64,000 bases of DNA from Candidatus Binataceae bacterium (GTDB lineage Bacteria; Desulfobacterota; Binatia; Binatales; Binataceae), in assembly GCA_030041155.1 (NCBI GenBank), contig JASHOJ010000078.1:751-64750 (forward strand), given 5' to 3'. Positions 50,030-60,630 of this stretch are shown here, one piece after another (the first letter of the stretch is position 1; each line of letters starts with the position of its first letter). The notes beneath the pieces were generated by a model that was given only the letters and a program-made list of their open reading frames with translations, ran no database searches and was not told the origin of the DNA. Position numbers and translations under genes: made by a program.

Positions 50030-50604
50030 TTTTCGTCCCCTCATCGAGTTCTCCTCCCATTCTGTCTCAGGCTGCTATCCGCGTGTCTCACAGCATTTGC
50101 GACCGACGCGATTCCGCCAAAGATAGTGCTTCCGGGGCGATAACCGCAACCCAGTCTGGCCGCCAGACCCTGTGCCCCGAACGCGGGTTGCAGACGGCAG
50201 CATCGGATCTGAAGCGACTGGATCAACCAGGAGTCAAGCGCGCGTTCGTTATCTTCAATAACTGCTGTCAGAACTTCGCTGTGATAAAACGCGGCAGCCA
50301 TGGCCGCTATCTTGCGGAATCGATAAGCGCGAACAGCGTCTACCCAGAGCTTGACGAACCGCCAGTATCTCTGAGTTGATCGCGATTGGCTTCGTAAACC
50401 AGTGCGCATGGGATGTTCAATGATACTTGAGGGTAAAGTTGCACTGATAAGCGGTGTCGGGCCGCGCCGCCTAGATTCTGTTTGCCAGGGAAGGTGCGAA
50501 AATCCTTGGCTGCGATAGTGGTCGACGGCGGCATCACCGCGCACTAGGCTTGGGAATCGGGATTCGTCCGCTCAAAACGGAGGATCTGCCCGGGAGATTT
50601 GCGA

Positions 50605-51897
50605 ATGAAATTTCACTGGTTCGCTGAAGTTACCTATCCGCATCTGCCGCAGGATTTCCGGGAAAGTTATCCGTCCGCATGGGTCACGCCCCCGGCTCAT
50701 CTGATCGATCCAGTTAAGATGGGAGAGACCTATCGGATGTTCATCCGCCTGATGCAGCTCGCGGATAAGGTTGGGTTCGACGGACTTACCGTGAATGAGC
50801 ATCATCAGACGCCGCTGGCGGTAACACCGTCACCCAATCTGCTCGCGGCGAGCCTCGCCTCGACCACCAGCAACGCCGCGATAACGATCGTTGGCAACTC
50901 GCTCGCGCTCTACAATCCGCCGACCCGAATCGCGGAGGAATACGCGTATATCGATTGTCTCTCGGGCGGCCGGCTGACCGCTGGATTCGTGCTCGGCACT
51001 CCGATGGACTCCACTTTCTCCTATGGGATGCCGCCGGTTGAGATGCGCGAACGATTCGAGGAGGCGCGCCAGCTCATTCTGCGCGCGTGGAACGAACCGG
51101 AGCCGTTCGCGTTCAACGGCAAATACAATCAGCTTCGATACATCAACATCTGGCCGCGTCCGATCCAGAAACGCCTGCCCATATGGGTGCCGGGCGGCGG
51201 TGGCAGTGTCGAGACGTGGGACATGGTGATCGACCATGATTATTGCTACGGCCACCTCTCCTTTTCGGGACTCTATTCTTCCAAGCCGCTGGTTGACGCG
51301 TTCTGGGAATATGTGGCGAAGCGCGGCGGCACCATGAATCCTCATCGGATGGCGTTTACGCAGGTCGTGTGCCTGGCGAATACCGACGCCGAAGCTGAAA
51401 AGCAGTATTACGAGGCGGTCAGATACTTTCATCGCAACGCGGCGCCCTCGGCGGGCTTTCTCAACCCGCCCGGCTACACGACCCTGCGCTCCATAAAAGC
51501 GATGGGCGAGATGCAGAAGATCGGGCGGACAAAACTCACGCCTGAAGATCGAATTCGCGCCGGCAAGGGCGAGATGAGCTTCTGGGAATACGATGAAAAG
51601 GGCTACATTATCGCCGGCACTCCCGCCCGAGTTCGCCAGCGGCTGCGCGAGTTGATCAAGGATCTGCGGGTGGGGCAGCTAATCGCAACGCCGCACGTCG
51701 GCAATCTGCCCGAGGAAATGGGAGCCGAGAACACCCGCCTGTTCGGATACGAGGTAGCACCCTACTTGCGGGATCTATGGGCCGACGAACCCGATCACTG
51801 GACTCCGGCCGCAAGTCAAAAGCTGGTCGCCGCCAATGCTCCCAGGCAAGGAGCCGGAAACGGACGCGAGTCCGCATCACAGACTCAAGCCCGTTGA
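50605..51897 (+). CDS. LLM class flavin-dependent monooxygenase
   Basis: GFDGLTVNEHHQ, PSPNL, RIAEEYA..D.LSGGRL, NIWPRPIQ. Confidence 0.9.
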   Translation: MKFHWFAEVTYPHLPQDFRESYPSAWVTPPAHLIDPVKMGETYRMFIRLMQLADKVGFDGLTVNEHHQTPLAVTPSPNLLAASLASTTSNAAITIVGNSLALYNPPTRIAEEYAYIDCLSGGRLTAGFVLGTPMDSTFSYGMPPVEMRERFEEARQLILRAWNEPEPFAFNGKYNQLRYINIWPRPIQKRLPIWVPGGGGSVETWDMVIDHDYCYGHLSFSGLYSSKPLVDAFWEYVAKRGGTMNPHRMAFTQVVCLANTDAEAEKQYYEAVRYFHRNAAPSAGFLNPPGYTTLRSIKAMGEMQKIGRTKLTPEDRIRAGKGEMSFWEYDEKGYIIAGTPARVRQRLRELIKDLRVGQLIATPHVGNLPEEMGAENTRLFGYEVAPYLRDLWADEPDHWTPAASQKLVAANAPRQGAGNGRESASQTQAR

Positions 51898-51960
51898 ATT
51901 TGGCGGGTTGCTTGTCGCGCGGGCGCTGACCCGAGCATGGCACTGACCACGGAGGAAAGC

Positions 51961-53103
51961 ATGAGCTCTGGACCTTTCTCCGACATTCTGGTCGTGGATC
52001 TAACCCATATTCTGTCCGGACCGTATTGCACGATGTATCTTGCGGAGCTCGGCGCGCGAGTGATCAAGGTCGAGCACGCTGGCCACGGCGACGATACCCG
52101 CGCCTTCTCGCCCAAGCACGAGGGCATGTCGATCTTCTTCGCGTCGGTCAATCGGGGCAAAGAATCGATCGCGCTCGATTTCGAGCAGCCCAACGATCGC
52201 GCGCTGCTGCTAGAGATGATTCGCCGCGCCGACGTGCTGGTTGAAAACCTCCGCTTTGCAACTATCGAGCATCTGGGCCTCGACTATCAGCAGTTGCGGA
52301 CAATCAACCCGCGCCTCATCTATGCGGCTATTTCCGGGTTCGGCCAGAGCGGACCGATGAACAACCGGCCCGCCTACGATCCTATCATTCAGGCGACGGG
52401 CGGTTTGATGAGCCTGAACGGCCAGCCCAATGATCCGCCGACCAAGGTCGGAGTTTCGGTGGTTGATTACATCAGCGGACTGTTCTGCCTGGCCGGAATC
52501 GAGGCAGCGCTCTATCAGCGCGAGCGGACGAATAAAGGAACCCGCATCGATATCGCGATGCTCGACGCGCAGGTCGCGATGTTGGAAGCCGCTCTGAATA
52601 ACGCGCTCAACGGCGAACCTGCCATCACGAGGGTCGGCAGCCGCCATCCGGTGGTGACCCCATCGGATTTGTTCGACACCGCCGACCGGCCGATCTATCT
52701 CATCGGCGCAAACGATGAGATGTTTGCGCGCCTGTGCAACGCGATTGGCCGTCCCGAGCTCAAAAGCGATCCGCGCTTTACGACCACCGCCAGCCGCACC
52801 GTGAACGAGCGCGCTCTCAAAACCGAGATCCAGAATGCGCTGAGCGCGCGGCCGGCTGCCGAATGGATCGGAATCTTGAACGATGCTCTGATACCTTGCA
52901 GTCTGGTCAATTCAGTCGAGGAGATGACCCAGCTTCCTCAGATTTCCGAGCGCAACATGATCGTGAGCGCCGGCGGCATCCGCATGGCCGGCAATCCAAT
53001 TAAGATGATCAATCTGCCCGACAACCCCACTCGGTCCGCCGCCCCAGCACTTGACGCCGACGGCGATCGCATCCGCGCCGAGTTCCTTCCAAAGAAGAGT
53101 TGA
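51961..53103 (+). CDS. CoA-transferase family III (CaiB/BaiF)
   Basis: DLTHILSGPYC, LGARVIKVE..GDDTR, NRGKESIALD, SVVDYISG (catalytic Asp); RBS GGAGG favours ATG 51961 over 51937. Confidence 0.93.
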   Translation: MSSGPFSDILVVDLTHILSGPYCTMYLAELGARVIKVEHAGHGDDTRAFSPKHEGMSIFFASVNRGKESIALDFEQPNDRALLLEMIRRADVLVENLRFATIEHLGLDYQQLRTINPRLIYAAISGFGQSGPMNNRPAYDPIIQATGGLMSLNGQPNDPPTKVGVSVVDYISGLFCLAGIEAALYQRERTNKGTRIDIAMLDAQVAMLEAALNNALNGEPAITRVGSRHPVVTPSDLFDTADRPIYLIGANDEMFARLCNAIGRPELKSDPRFTTTASRTVNERALKTEIQNALSARPAAEWIGILNDALIPCSLVNSVEEMTQLPQISERNMIVSAGGIRMAGNPIKMINLPDNPTRSAAPALDADGDRIRAEFLPKKS

Positions 53104-53159
53104 CAAATATCGACGTGCGGATTTCCATGAATTTTCCATTTGCGCAGTGAGATGCCCCG

Positions 53160-54353
53160 ATGAACCAGATCCATACCGAACGCGAGCAGCGCTTCATCGA
53201 TCTTGCCGCCACTCTTGCAGACGATTTCGCAACCCGCGCCGCGGTTCACGATCGCGACGCTTCGTTCCCGCACGAGAACTATGCGCGGATGAAGGATAGC
53301 GGTTACACCGTCCTCACTATCCCCGATAAATTCGGCGGCATGGACGCGACGCTCCTTGAGCGAATCAAGGCGCAGGAGCGGCTGGCCCAGGGATGCGGCG
53401 CAACGGCGCTCGCGATCAACATGCATTTCAATACAATAGGCTTGTTGTGCGACTTGTATCGCAAGTTCAAGGCGCCCAATGTCGAGGAGAAGCTCTATCG
53501 GATCGTCAAAGATCGCCTGATTTGCGCCGGATCTGGATCGGAACCGGACAATGCCGTGATTAATCTGCGGCCGCGCACCGTCGCGCGCCGGGTCGATGGC
53601 GGATGGATCGTTAACGGACGCAAGATTTTCGGCACCCAGAGCATCGCGGCTGATTTGTTTTTCTTCGAAGCGCTGTGGGAGGACGCTCCCGAGCGCGCAA
53701 CGATCATCACCTGCTTCATCGCGCCGCGCGAAACGCCTGGACTCTCGTTCAAGGACGATTGGGACGTAATGGGGATGCGATCGACGCAGTCGCGCAGCTC
53801 GGAGCTGAAGGATGCTTTCGTGCCGGAGTCCGATGTTGTGTTGGAGCGTCCGGTTTCGCGCAGCGGACGCGTGACTAAGGTGTTTGCCAAGGCGCCATTC
53901 GCAATCGGTGCGCCATACATCGGCATCGCGGTCGCGGCGCGCAATTTCACGGTCGATTTCATGCGCGATCGCAGGCGCTATCCGCTGAAACACCCGATGA
54001 GCCATCTGCCGAGCGTGTATAACAAGGTCGGCGAGATGGATTTGCTGATTGAAGGCGCACGCGCCGCGATGTGGAAGGCGGCCGCGGAGGTCGATCGCGA
54101 CGATCCGATAAGCTGGTCGCGCAAAGCGGTCGCCGCTCGGATGATCGCGGTTGAAAATTCAGTTCGGGTGGTGGATCTGGCGCTGCGCGCGGTCGGCGGC
54201 GCATCGTATTTCCGGCGTCTGCCGCTGGAGCGTCTGTTTCGCGACGTGCGCGCCGGCCTTTATCATCCCCTGGACAGCGATGAGAGCCTTGAGTTTCTCG
54301 GCCGCAGCGCCTTCGGACTGACCGAAGTGCTGGGCTCCTCCGAAGAAAGTTGA
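53160..54353 (+). CDS. Acyl-CoA dehydrogenase family flavoprotein (YdbM/DszC-like)
   Basis: TALAINMH, GSEP, VNGRKIFGT, WDVMGMRSTQS, LERLFRDVRAG. Confidence 0.88.
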   Translation: MNQIHTEREQRFIDLAATLADDFATRAAVHDRDASFPHENYARMKDSGYTVLTIPDKFGGMDATLLERIKAQERLAQGCGATALAINMHFNTIGLLCDLYRKFKAPNVEEKLYRIVKDRLICAGSGSEPDNAVINLRPRTVARRVDGGWIVNGRKIFGTQSIAADLFFFEALWEDAPERATIITCFIAPRETPGLSFKDDWDVMGMRSTQSRSSELKDAFVPESDVVLERPVSRSGRVTKVFAKAPFAIGAPYIGIAVAARNFTVDFMRDRRRYPLKHPMSHLPSVYNKVGEMDLLIEGARAAMWKAAAEVDRDDPISWSRKAVAARMIAVENSVRVVDLALRAVGGASYFRRLPLERLFRDVRAGLYHPLDSDESLEFLGRSAFGLTEVLGSSEES

Positions 54354-54398
54354 TCCAGGAAGTCCGAGCGGCGGCGCCGATGCGCGCGCGTCGCTTTC

Positions 54399-55190
54399 TC
54401 ACCATTCCGGTCCGGTACCGCTGAGACTCGGCATCCCGGTGTGCGCCCATAATCCGCCGTCCGCGACCACGTATGCTCCGGTCACGAACGATGCTTCGTC
54501 TGAGGCTAAGAACAACACCACATTGGCGATTTCCTGAGGCTCGCCAAGCCGGCCCATCGGAATCGCCTCACGCACTCGGCCGACAATTTCCGGCCGCGCC
54601 TTTTCCATGCGCAAGAGTGGCGGCGTTCCGATCGGCCCCGGACAAACCGCGTTGCATCGAATTCCCTTGCGCGCGTATTCGATTCCGGTCACGCGAGTCA
54701 GGTTCACGACGCCGGCCTTGATAGCGTTGTACGCTCCCAACCCGTAATCGCCGGCAAGCCCCGAAACCGAGGCGGTATTGACGATCGCGCCGTATTTCCG
54801 AGGCAGCATCGCGCCGATCGCGCATTTGGTCGCATACCAGTACGCGGTGAGACCCACATCGAGCGTCTTCTGCCAGCCTTCGAGCGTCAGATCGCCGACA
54901 TGCCCCGCCGTCGTGAACACGGCATTGTTGTGCAGAATGTCGAGGCGGCCGAAATGGCTGGTCGCAAACCCGATCATTGCCTCAACTTCGCGCGGATTGC
55001 CGACATCGGCACGATAAAATTCCGCGGTGCCGCTCCGACCGCGAATCTCCGAAACAACGCGGCTGCCACCCTTCTCATCAAGGTCGACCACGACCACTGC
55101 CGCCCCCTCGCGTGCGAATGTCTTTGCGGTAGCCTCGCCGATACCCGATCCCGACCCGGTGATAAGCGCAACTTTGTTTTCCAGCCGCAT
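54399..55190 (-). CDS. Short-chain dehydrogenase/reductase
   Basis: TGSGSGIG, HNNA, YNAIKAG, IRCNAVCPG. Confidence 0.93.
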   Translation of the reverse strand: MRLENKVALITGSGSGIGEATAKTFAREGAAVVVVDLDEKGGSRVVSEIRGRSGTAEFYRADVGNPREVEAMIGFATSHFGRLDILHNNAVFTTAGHVGDLTLEGWQKTLDVGLTAYWYATKCAIGAMLPRKYGAIVNTASVSGLAGDYGLGAYNAIKAGVVNLTRVTGIEYARKGIRCNAVCPGPIGTPPLLRMEKARPEIVGRVREAIPMGRLGEPQEIANVVLFLASDEASFVTGAYVVADGGLWAHTGMPSLSGTGPEW

Positions 55191-55220
55191 CGCGCCTGAC
55201 CGATCGGCCCGAGCCGTGTA

Positions 55221-56318
55221 TTAGATGCTTATCCCATACAGTTCGGCGCAATTATCGTGCAGCACGTAGTCCTTCTCCCGGTCGCTGAGTCCGGTGGTGT
55301 GCTTGCTCAGGATTTCCTGCGACCACGGCCACGTCGAATCGCTATGCGGGAAGTCATTCGCCCACATCAGCCGGCGAATATTGCACATATCCTTCATCTG
55401 GAACGCGACCCAGTCATCCTGAAAAGTCGTGTAGATGTTCTCGCGAAAATATTCGCTCGGCATTTTCGAGAGCGCTCCGGCCGGAAGCCAATAGCGATGC
55501 CGGTCGTACGCATGATCCATCCGGTACATGTAGTGCGGCACCCAGCCCGCATCCGCTTCCACGCATACGACTCTGAGTTTCGGATGGCGCTCGAAGACTC
55601 CGCCCAGAATGAACGTGCCCATGATGTCCTGGCATCCGCGGATGATCGACAGGAAGCTGTTGAGCTTCGGTCCGCGAGTCCGGAAGTTATCCTGAGAACT
55701 GGTCAGAATATGGAAACTGAGCGGCATGCCGAGATCGATGGCAGCCTCATAAAACGGATCATACGCGGTGCTGTCATAGTCCTCGACCGCGGGATTTCCC
55801 GGCATCATCACTCCACTCAGTCCGAGCTCCTTCATCTTGCGCAGGTCGGCGATACCCTCCTCGACCGATCGCATCGCGGTCTGACCGACGCCGATCAGGC
55901 GATCAGGATGTGTGCCGCAGTACTCCGCGATCCACAAGTTGTAGGCGTCGAAACAGGCTTTCTTGTAATCGAAATCGCGATGGTTACAAAGAATCATCCC
56001 GACGGTTGGATAGATGACCTCGGCGGAGACGCCGTCGCGGTCCTGATCGGCGAGTCGCGCGTTGGGATCCCATCCGCCGCGATGCATGTCCTCGAATTTC
56101 GCGCCGAAGATTCGCAGCTTCTCGGCGTCGAGCCCGGCGGCAGCGGCAAGGCCAATTGTCACCGGTCGGGGAAAATCCTTGACCATGAAAACGTCGCCGA
56201 GCTTCTCGTCGCGCACCAGGTGGGGCGCGCTATCCTTGTACTTGTGGTCGATCCGGTCCACGTAGGTGCCGGCCGGCTCAGTGACATGCGAATCGGCTGA
56301 GATAATTGTCTTTTTCAT
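55221..56318 (-). CDS. Amidohydrolase family 2 protein
   Basis: ISADSHVTEP, DGVSAEVIYPT, GVFERHPKL, WANDFPHSDSTWP. Confidence 0.92.
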   Translation of the reverse strand: MKKTIISADSHVTEPAGTYVDRIDHKYKDSAPHLVRDEKLGDVFMVKDFPRPVTIGLAAAAGLDAEKLRIFGAKFEDMHRGGWDPNARLADQDRDGVSAEVIYPTVGMILCNHRDFDYKKACFDAYNLWIAEYCGTHPDRLIGVGQTAMRSVEEGIADLRKMKELGLSGVMMPGNPAVEDYDSTAYDPFYEAAIDLGMPLSFHILTSSQDNFRTRGPKLNSFLSIIRGCQDIMGTFILGGVFERHPKLRVVCVEADAGWVPHYMYRMDHAYDRHRYWLPAGALSKMPSEYFRENIYTTFQDDWVAFQMKDMCNIRRLMWANDFPHSDSTWPWSQEILSKHTTGLSDREKDYVLHDNCAELYGISI

Positions 56319-56569
56319 TTTTGATCCTCGACTGTTGCGCCTAAGACGTTTGCCGGGAATTTCAATATACAACCGCTCATAGCCGATCCGCGAGCGATTT
56401 CAAACCCGCCCGCGTCACCCGTATCGGTCCAGAATATGCGAATCCGGCCACCCGCCATCCCGAAACACGCTGGATCGCTTGCGGGCGAAAATTGCGCCTG
56501 CCTGACGGCTTGAACGAAACGCGCCAGAGCGCTTTTAGGCCACCGACCCGTGTATACTTTTACCCATAA

Positions 56570-56587
56570 AAAGCGTTGCAACGCTTT
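56570..56587. repeat. Perfect 18-bp palindrome in a divergent intergenic region
   Basis: AAAGCGTTGCAACGCTTT. Confidence 0.85.
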
Positions 56588-56821
56588 CTGGGGCATTTCT
56601 GACCCCTTGGCGGGCCATCCCCGACTCGGTTGCCAACCGTAAAACCCGGTTCTCGGACCATCGGGATTCCCGAGCACCGGAAATGCGGCGTTTGTCCGAC
56701 TGTATCGATTGTGGAATAAGGGGGATCATAGAGCGTGAACGATGAGCTCACTTCCAAGGTTAGAGCCCACGCGACGCCGCATCGCGCTTGCGCCTGCACG
56801 CGCTGAGGGCACGGAGGATTC

Positions 56822-58534
56822 ATGTACGACATAATCGTTCGCAATGGCAGCGTGATTGACGGTTCGGGAATGCCGCGTTTTCGCGCCGACGTCGGTATCG
56901 CGAATGGAAAGATCGCCGCGATCGGAAAAATCCGCGATTCCGCGCGCGAAACTATCGATGCCGAGGGGCATATCGTTTCGCCCGGAATTGTCGATGCCCA
57001 CACCCATATGGATGCCCAGGTGTTCTGGGACCCGATCGGCACCTGCTCCTGCTGGCACGGCATCACGTCCGTGGTGATGGGCAACTGCGGCTTCTCGCTC
57101 GCGCCATGCGCCGAGAAGGACAAGCTCCTGGTGATGCGAAATCTCGAGCGCGCGGAAGATATCGCGCCCGAAGCGATGGAAGCCGGCATCAAATGGAGTT
57201 GGGAAACCTTCCCGCAATACCTCGACGCGGTCGAGCGCACTCCCAAGGGCATCAACTACGCCGCCTACATGGGGCACTCGGCATTGCGCACCTATGTGAT
57301 GGGCGAGCGCGCGTTCGACAGCGAGGCCAATTCCGAAGACCTGTCGGCGATGAAGCGCGAGGTGCGCGCGGCGGTTCGCGCCGGCGCGATCGGCTTCACC
57401 ACATCGCGCACCCGCAACCATCAGACTCCCGATGGGCATCCGGTTGCGAGCCGCCTCGCGAATTGGGACGAAGTTCGGCAACTTGTCGGCGTGATGGGTG
57501 AGGAAGGCGCGGGCGTGTTCGAGATCGCGGGCGAGGATACCGGGATGAATCCCGACAATATCAAGGATTATCTCGGCCGCCTGAAAGCGCTGGCGGTGGA
57601 TACTGGAGTTCCCGTCACGTTCGGGATGTTCGGCTCTCGGCGCGCGCCTGACTACTGGCGTCCGTTCTTCAAGCTCGCCGACGAGACCGCGGCTGCCGGT
57701 GGCCGCATGTTTATCCAGGTTCACAGCCGGTCGCTGAACCTGGTGCTATCGTTCGAGACTGTAACGCCGTTTGATCGGATGCCGGTGTGGCGCGAGGTTC
57801 GCAAGCTGCCGCTTGCCGAGCAGGAGGCGGCGATGCGAAATCCTGAAACGCGCCGCGCGATGGTTCAGGCGACCCGCGAGAACGACGCGCGTAATCGAGA
57901 GGCGGTCGGCGCCGAGCCGCGCGGCGTGAATTTCAGATATTTGTACCTGATGGATAAAGCGACGCCGCCGTGGCGCTCGATCGAGGAGATTGCGGCGGAA
58001 GCCGGCAAGGATCCGGTCGATGCTTTTATCGATCTCGCGCTGGCGAAGAATCTCAAGCAGTTCTTCCTGCAGCCGCTCGCCAACGAGAATCAGGATCACG
58101 TGCTCGAGATGATGCGGCATCAGCGATCGGTGGTGACCTTCTCCGATTCGGGCGCGCATGTCTCCCAGATCATGGATTCGTCGCTACAGACGCACGTACT
58201 GAGTCACTGGGTGCGCGACAAGCAGGCGTTCTCGCTTGAAGAGGCGATCCGGCTGCTGACTCTGGTGCCCGCGTCATATTGGGGATTGAAGAATCGCGGA
58301 ATGCTGCGCGAGGGGTGGGCCGCGGACGTGATCATCTTTGATGGGGACAAAATCGCGCCGATGCTGCCGGTGCTCGATCACGATCTTCCCGCCGGCGCGC
58401 GGCGCCTGAAGCAGAAAGCGACCGGACTTAAAACCACCATCGTCAATGGCGAAGTGCTGCTTCGCGATAACGAACACACGGGCGCGCTGCCAGGTAAATT
58501 GTTGCGTGGCCCGCTCGCTGCCACACGCGCCTGA
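56822..58534 (+). CDS. N-acyl-D-amino-acid deacylase family amidohydrolase
   Basis: IRNG-like start, PGIVDAHTHMD, HGITSVVMGNCG, SDSGAH, ADVIIFD; RBS GGAGG. Confidence 0.92.
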   Translation: MYDIIVRNGSVIDGSGMPRFRADVGIANGKIAAIGKIRDSARETIDAEGHIVSPGIVDAHTHMDAQVFWDPIGTCSCWHGITSVVMGNCGFSLAPCAEKDKLLVMRNLERAEDIAPEAMEAGIKWSWETFPQYLDAVERTPKGINYAAYMGHSALRTYVMGERAFDSEANSEDLSAMKREVRAAVRAGAIGFTTSRTRNHQTPDGHPVASRLANWDEVRQLVGVMGEEGAGVFEIAGEDTGMNPDNIKDYLGRLKALAVDTGVPVTFGMFGSRRAPDYWRPFFKLADETAAAGGRMFIQVHSRSLNLVLSFETVTPFDRMPVWREVRKLPLAEQEAAMRNPETRRAMVQATRENDARNREAVGAEPRGVNFRYLYLMDKATPPWRSIEEIAAEAGKDPVDAFIDLALAKNLKQFFLQPLANENQDHVLEMMRHQRSVVTFSDSGAHVSQIMDSSLQTHVLSHWVRDKQAFSLEEAIRLLTLVPASYWGLKNRGMLREGWAADVIIFDGDKIAPMLPVLDHDLPAGARRLKQKATGLKTTIVNGEVLLRDNEHTGALPGKLLRGPLAATRA

Positions 58535-58560
58535 CGAATTTTCAACTACGAGCATGAACG

Positions 58561-58591
58561 GCCGGCCGGGATTGTTCCCGGCCGGCTTTTT
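58561..58591 (+). terminator. Rho-independent terminator
   Basis: GCCGGCCGGGA-TTGT-TCCCGGCCGGC followed by TTTTT. Confidence 0.85.
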
Positions 58592-58637
58592 CGTGCTATC
58601 GATGCAATGAGGCTATGGCTCGGAAAGGACGACTCAC

Positions 58638-59879
58638 ATGAGTAACCGCATGATCTCCGTTGGCACCAGCGCCGGTCAGATCGAAGGCGAATGCGATCCG
58701 AAATTCGAGGGCGTTCTGCACGCTTTCGTTGAGAATTTCGAGCGGCGCGACGAACTGGGTGCAAGCGTCTGCATCTCAATTGAAGGGCGTCCCGTGGTCG
58801 ATTTGTGGGGCGGCAAAGTAACGGAGAGCGGCGCGCCGTGGAAGCGTGACACCGTGTCAATCGTGTTTTCCGCTACTAAGGGTGCAACCGCGCTCTGCGC
58901 GCATATGGCCGCGGATCGCGGGCTGCTCGACTTCGATGCCCCCGTCACGCGCTATTGGCCCGAGTTCGGACAGGCGGGAAAGGAAGGCGCGCTCACCTCG
59001 ATGATACTCGATCACTCGGTCGGAGTGCCTCATCTGCGCGAACCGCTCAAGAACGGCGCGTTCTATGACTACGATCACATGATCGGTCTTATTGAGCGCG
59101 AGCGTCCGTTCTGGGAGCCCGGCACGCGCAACGGCTATCACGGTATCACGCTCGCGTGGACAGCCGGCGAGTTGGTACATCGCACGAGCGGAAAGCGGCT
59201 CGGCGAGTTTTTTCGCGATGAGGTCGCGAAACCGCTCGGAATCGATTTCTGGATCGGGCTGCCAGAGGCAATCGAATCGCGCGTCGCGCCGATGATCTTT
59301 CCTCCAGTGACCGACGATGTTCGCAACAGCCGTATCTCGCAGGCCGCTGCGCGCGAAAAGGATTCCGCGACTCACTATTTCATCTTCAACATGGGCGGCT
59401 TCAATCCCAACTCGCGCGAGGCGCATGCCGCCGAGATAGGATCGGCCAATGGCATCTCGAATGCGCGCGGACTCGCTGGAGTCTACGCGCCGCTCGCCAA
59501 TGGCGGAGAGCTGGGCGGCGTACGGCTGGTGAGTCGCGACGCACTGGTGCGGATGAGTCTATGCTCGGTCGCAACGCACGAGGACGTAACGCTCAGAATT
59601 CCGACCCGCTTTTCGCTTGGCTTCATGAAAGCGATGGATAATCGGCGGCTCGAAAACGCAAAACATTGCTCGCTCTTAATCTCCGACTCCGCATTCGGGC
59701 ATGTCGGCGCGGGCGGCTCGATTGGCTTCGCGGATCCGGCATGCCGCATGAGCTTCGGTTATTCGATGAACCGGATGGGCTTCGGAATCCTGATGAACGA
59801 TCGGGGTCAGTCCTTGATCGATGCGGCTTATCGCGCGATCGGCTACCGTTCTGACGCGGGCGGCGTGTGGGCGAATTAG
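58638..59879 (+). CDS. Serine hydrolase, class C beta-lactamase/family VIII esterase fold
   Basis: VDLWGG, FSATK (SxxK), WEPG..GYH, AFGHVGAGGS..FADP. Confidence 0.92.
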   Translation: MSNRMISVGTSAGQIEGECDPKFEGVLHAFVENFERRDELGASVCISIEGRPVVDLWGGKVTESGAPWKRDTVSIVFSATKGATALCAHMAADRGLLDFDAPVTRYWPEFGQAGKEGALTSMILDHSVGVPHLREPLKNGAFYDYDHMIGLIERERPFWEPGTRNGYHGITLAWTAGELVHRTSGKRLGEFFRDEVAKPLGIDFWIGLPEAIESRVAPMIFPPVTDDVRNSRISQAAAREKDSATHYFIFNMGGFNPNSREAHAAEIGSANGISNARGLAGVYAPLANGGELGGVRLVSRDALVRMSLCSVATHEDVTLRIPTRFSLGFMKAMDNRRLENAKHCSLLISDSAFGHVGAGGSIGFADPACRMSFGYSMNRMGFGILMNDRGQSLIDAAYRAIGYRSDAGGVWAN

Positions 59880-59946
59880 ATTAAGAGTCCGAGATCAGCC
59901 GCACTAGCAGGCCTCCTCGCAGGCAAGTGAACCGGAGACATTAAAG

Positions 59947-60561
59947 ATGATAACGCTGCCAAGCCGCGTTGAATTTCTTTCCGACGAATGGCTCGACGAG
60001 GCACGCGGATTTCTCGAACGGGAATGCAGGAACCGCAAGGACCAACTCGCGGGAAGTGCTTTCTCGCTAAGCGAGCGATTCACCTCCGCTCCGCCGCATC
60101 TCAAGCTGGAATCGGACGTGGCGGCATGGACGATGCGCTATGACGGAGAAAACGTGTCGGCCTCGCGCGGCTTCGATCAGCGCGCCGACCTGACTGTAGA
60201 GGGCGATTATCAGGCGGCGCTTTCAGCGGTGCAGTTCGTCGGGGTGCTCGCGCCCGGAGCCATGGAGGCGATGGCGCGCGAGGTCGCGGTCATGTTCGGC
60301 AAAGACGCGATCCGAATGAAGGGCGCGCTTCGCGGCGAAACCGCGGGCGAGATCGTGGCATTACTGCACGATCACATGGGCCGCCGCACGGTCGAGAATC
60401 CCGACCTCGCCCATCGCGCCGCCCGGCAAGGACTTACCGGCAAGATCCGCGAGATGGAGGAGAACGGATACACCATCCTGGAGCATGCCATCTCGCCGCA
60501 ATTCGCGGATCAGGTGCGCAGCGCAACGCTGCGCCTCGGCTCAGCGCGCGATCAGGAGTAA
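59947..60561 (+). pseudogene. SCP2-like domain followed by an apparently truncated PhyH-family dioxygenase start
   Basis: EFLSDEWL...ADLTVEGDY N-terminal domain; IREMEENGYTILEHAISPQFADQVR resembles a PhyH-family N-terminus, then stop within about 12 residues. Confidence 0.55.
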
Positions 60562-60630
60562 CAGCGTGGGCAGTATCACGATCTTAAAGCTGCTGATCGA
60601 AGCACCTAGAGACAAGGCGCGGCGGCTACG

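Noticed and set aside
50041-50544. 167-aa minus-strand ORF
   Set aside because: No recognisable motif, RBS or typical codon pattern; may be a remnant but not supportable.
58638-59879. Beta-lactam resistance gene
   Set aside because: No signal peptide; motifs fit family VIII esterase-like serine hydrolases.
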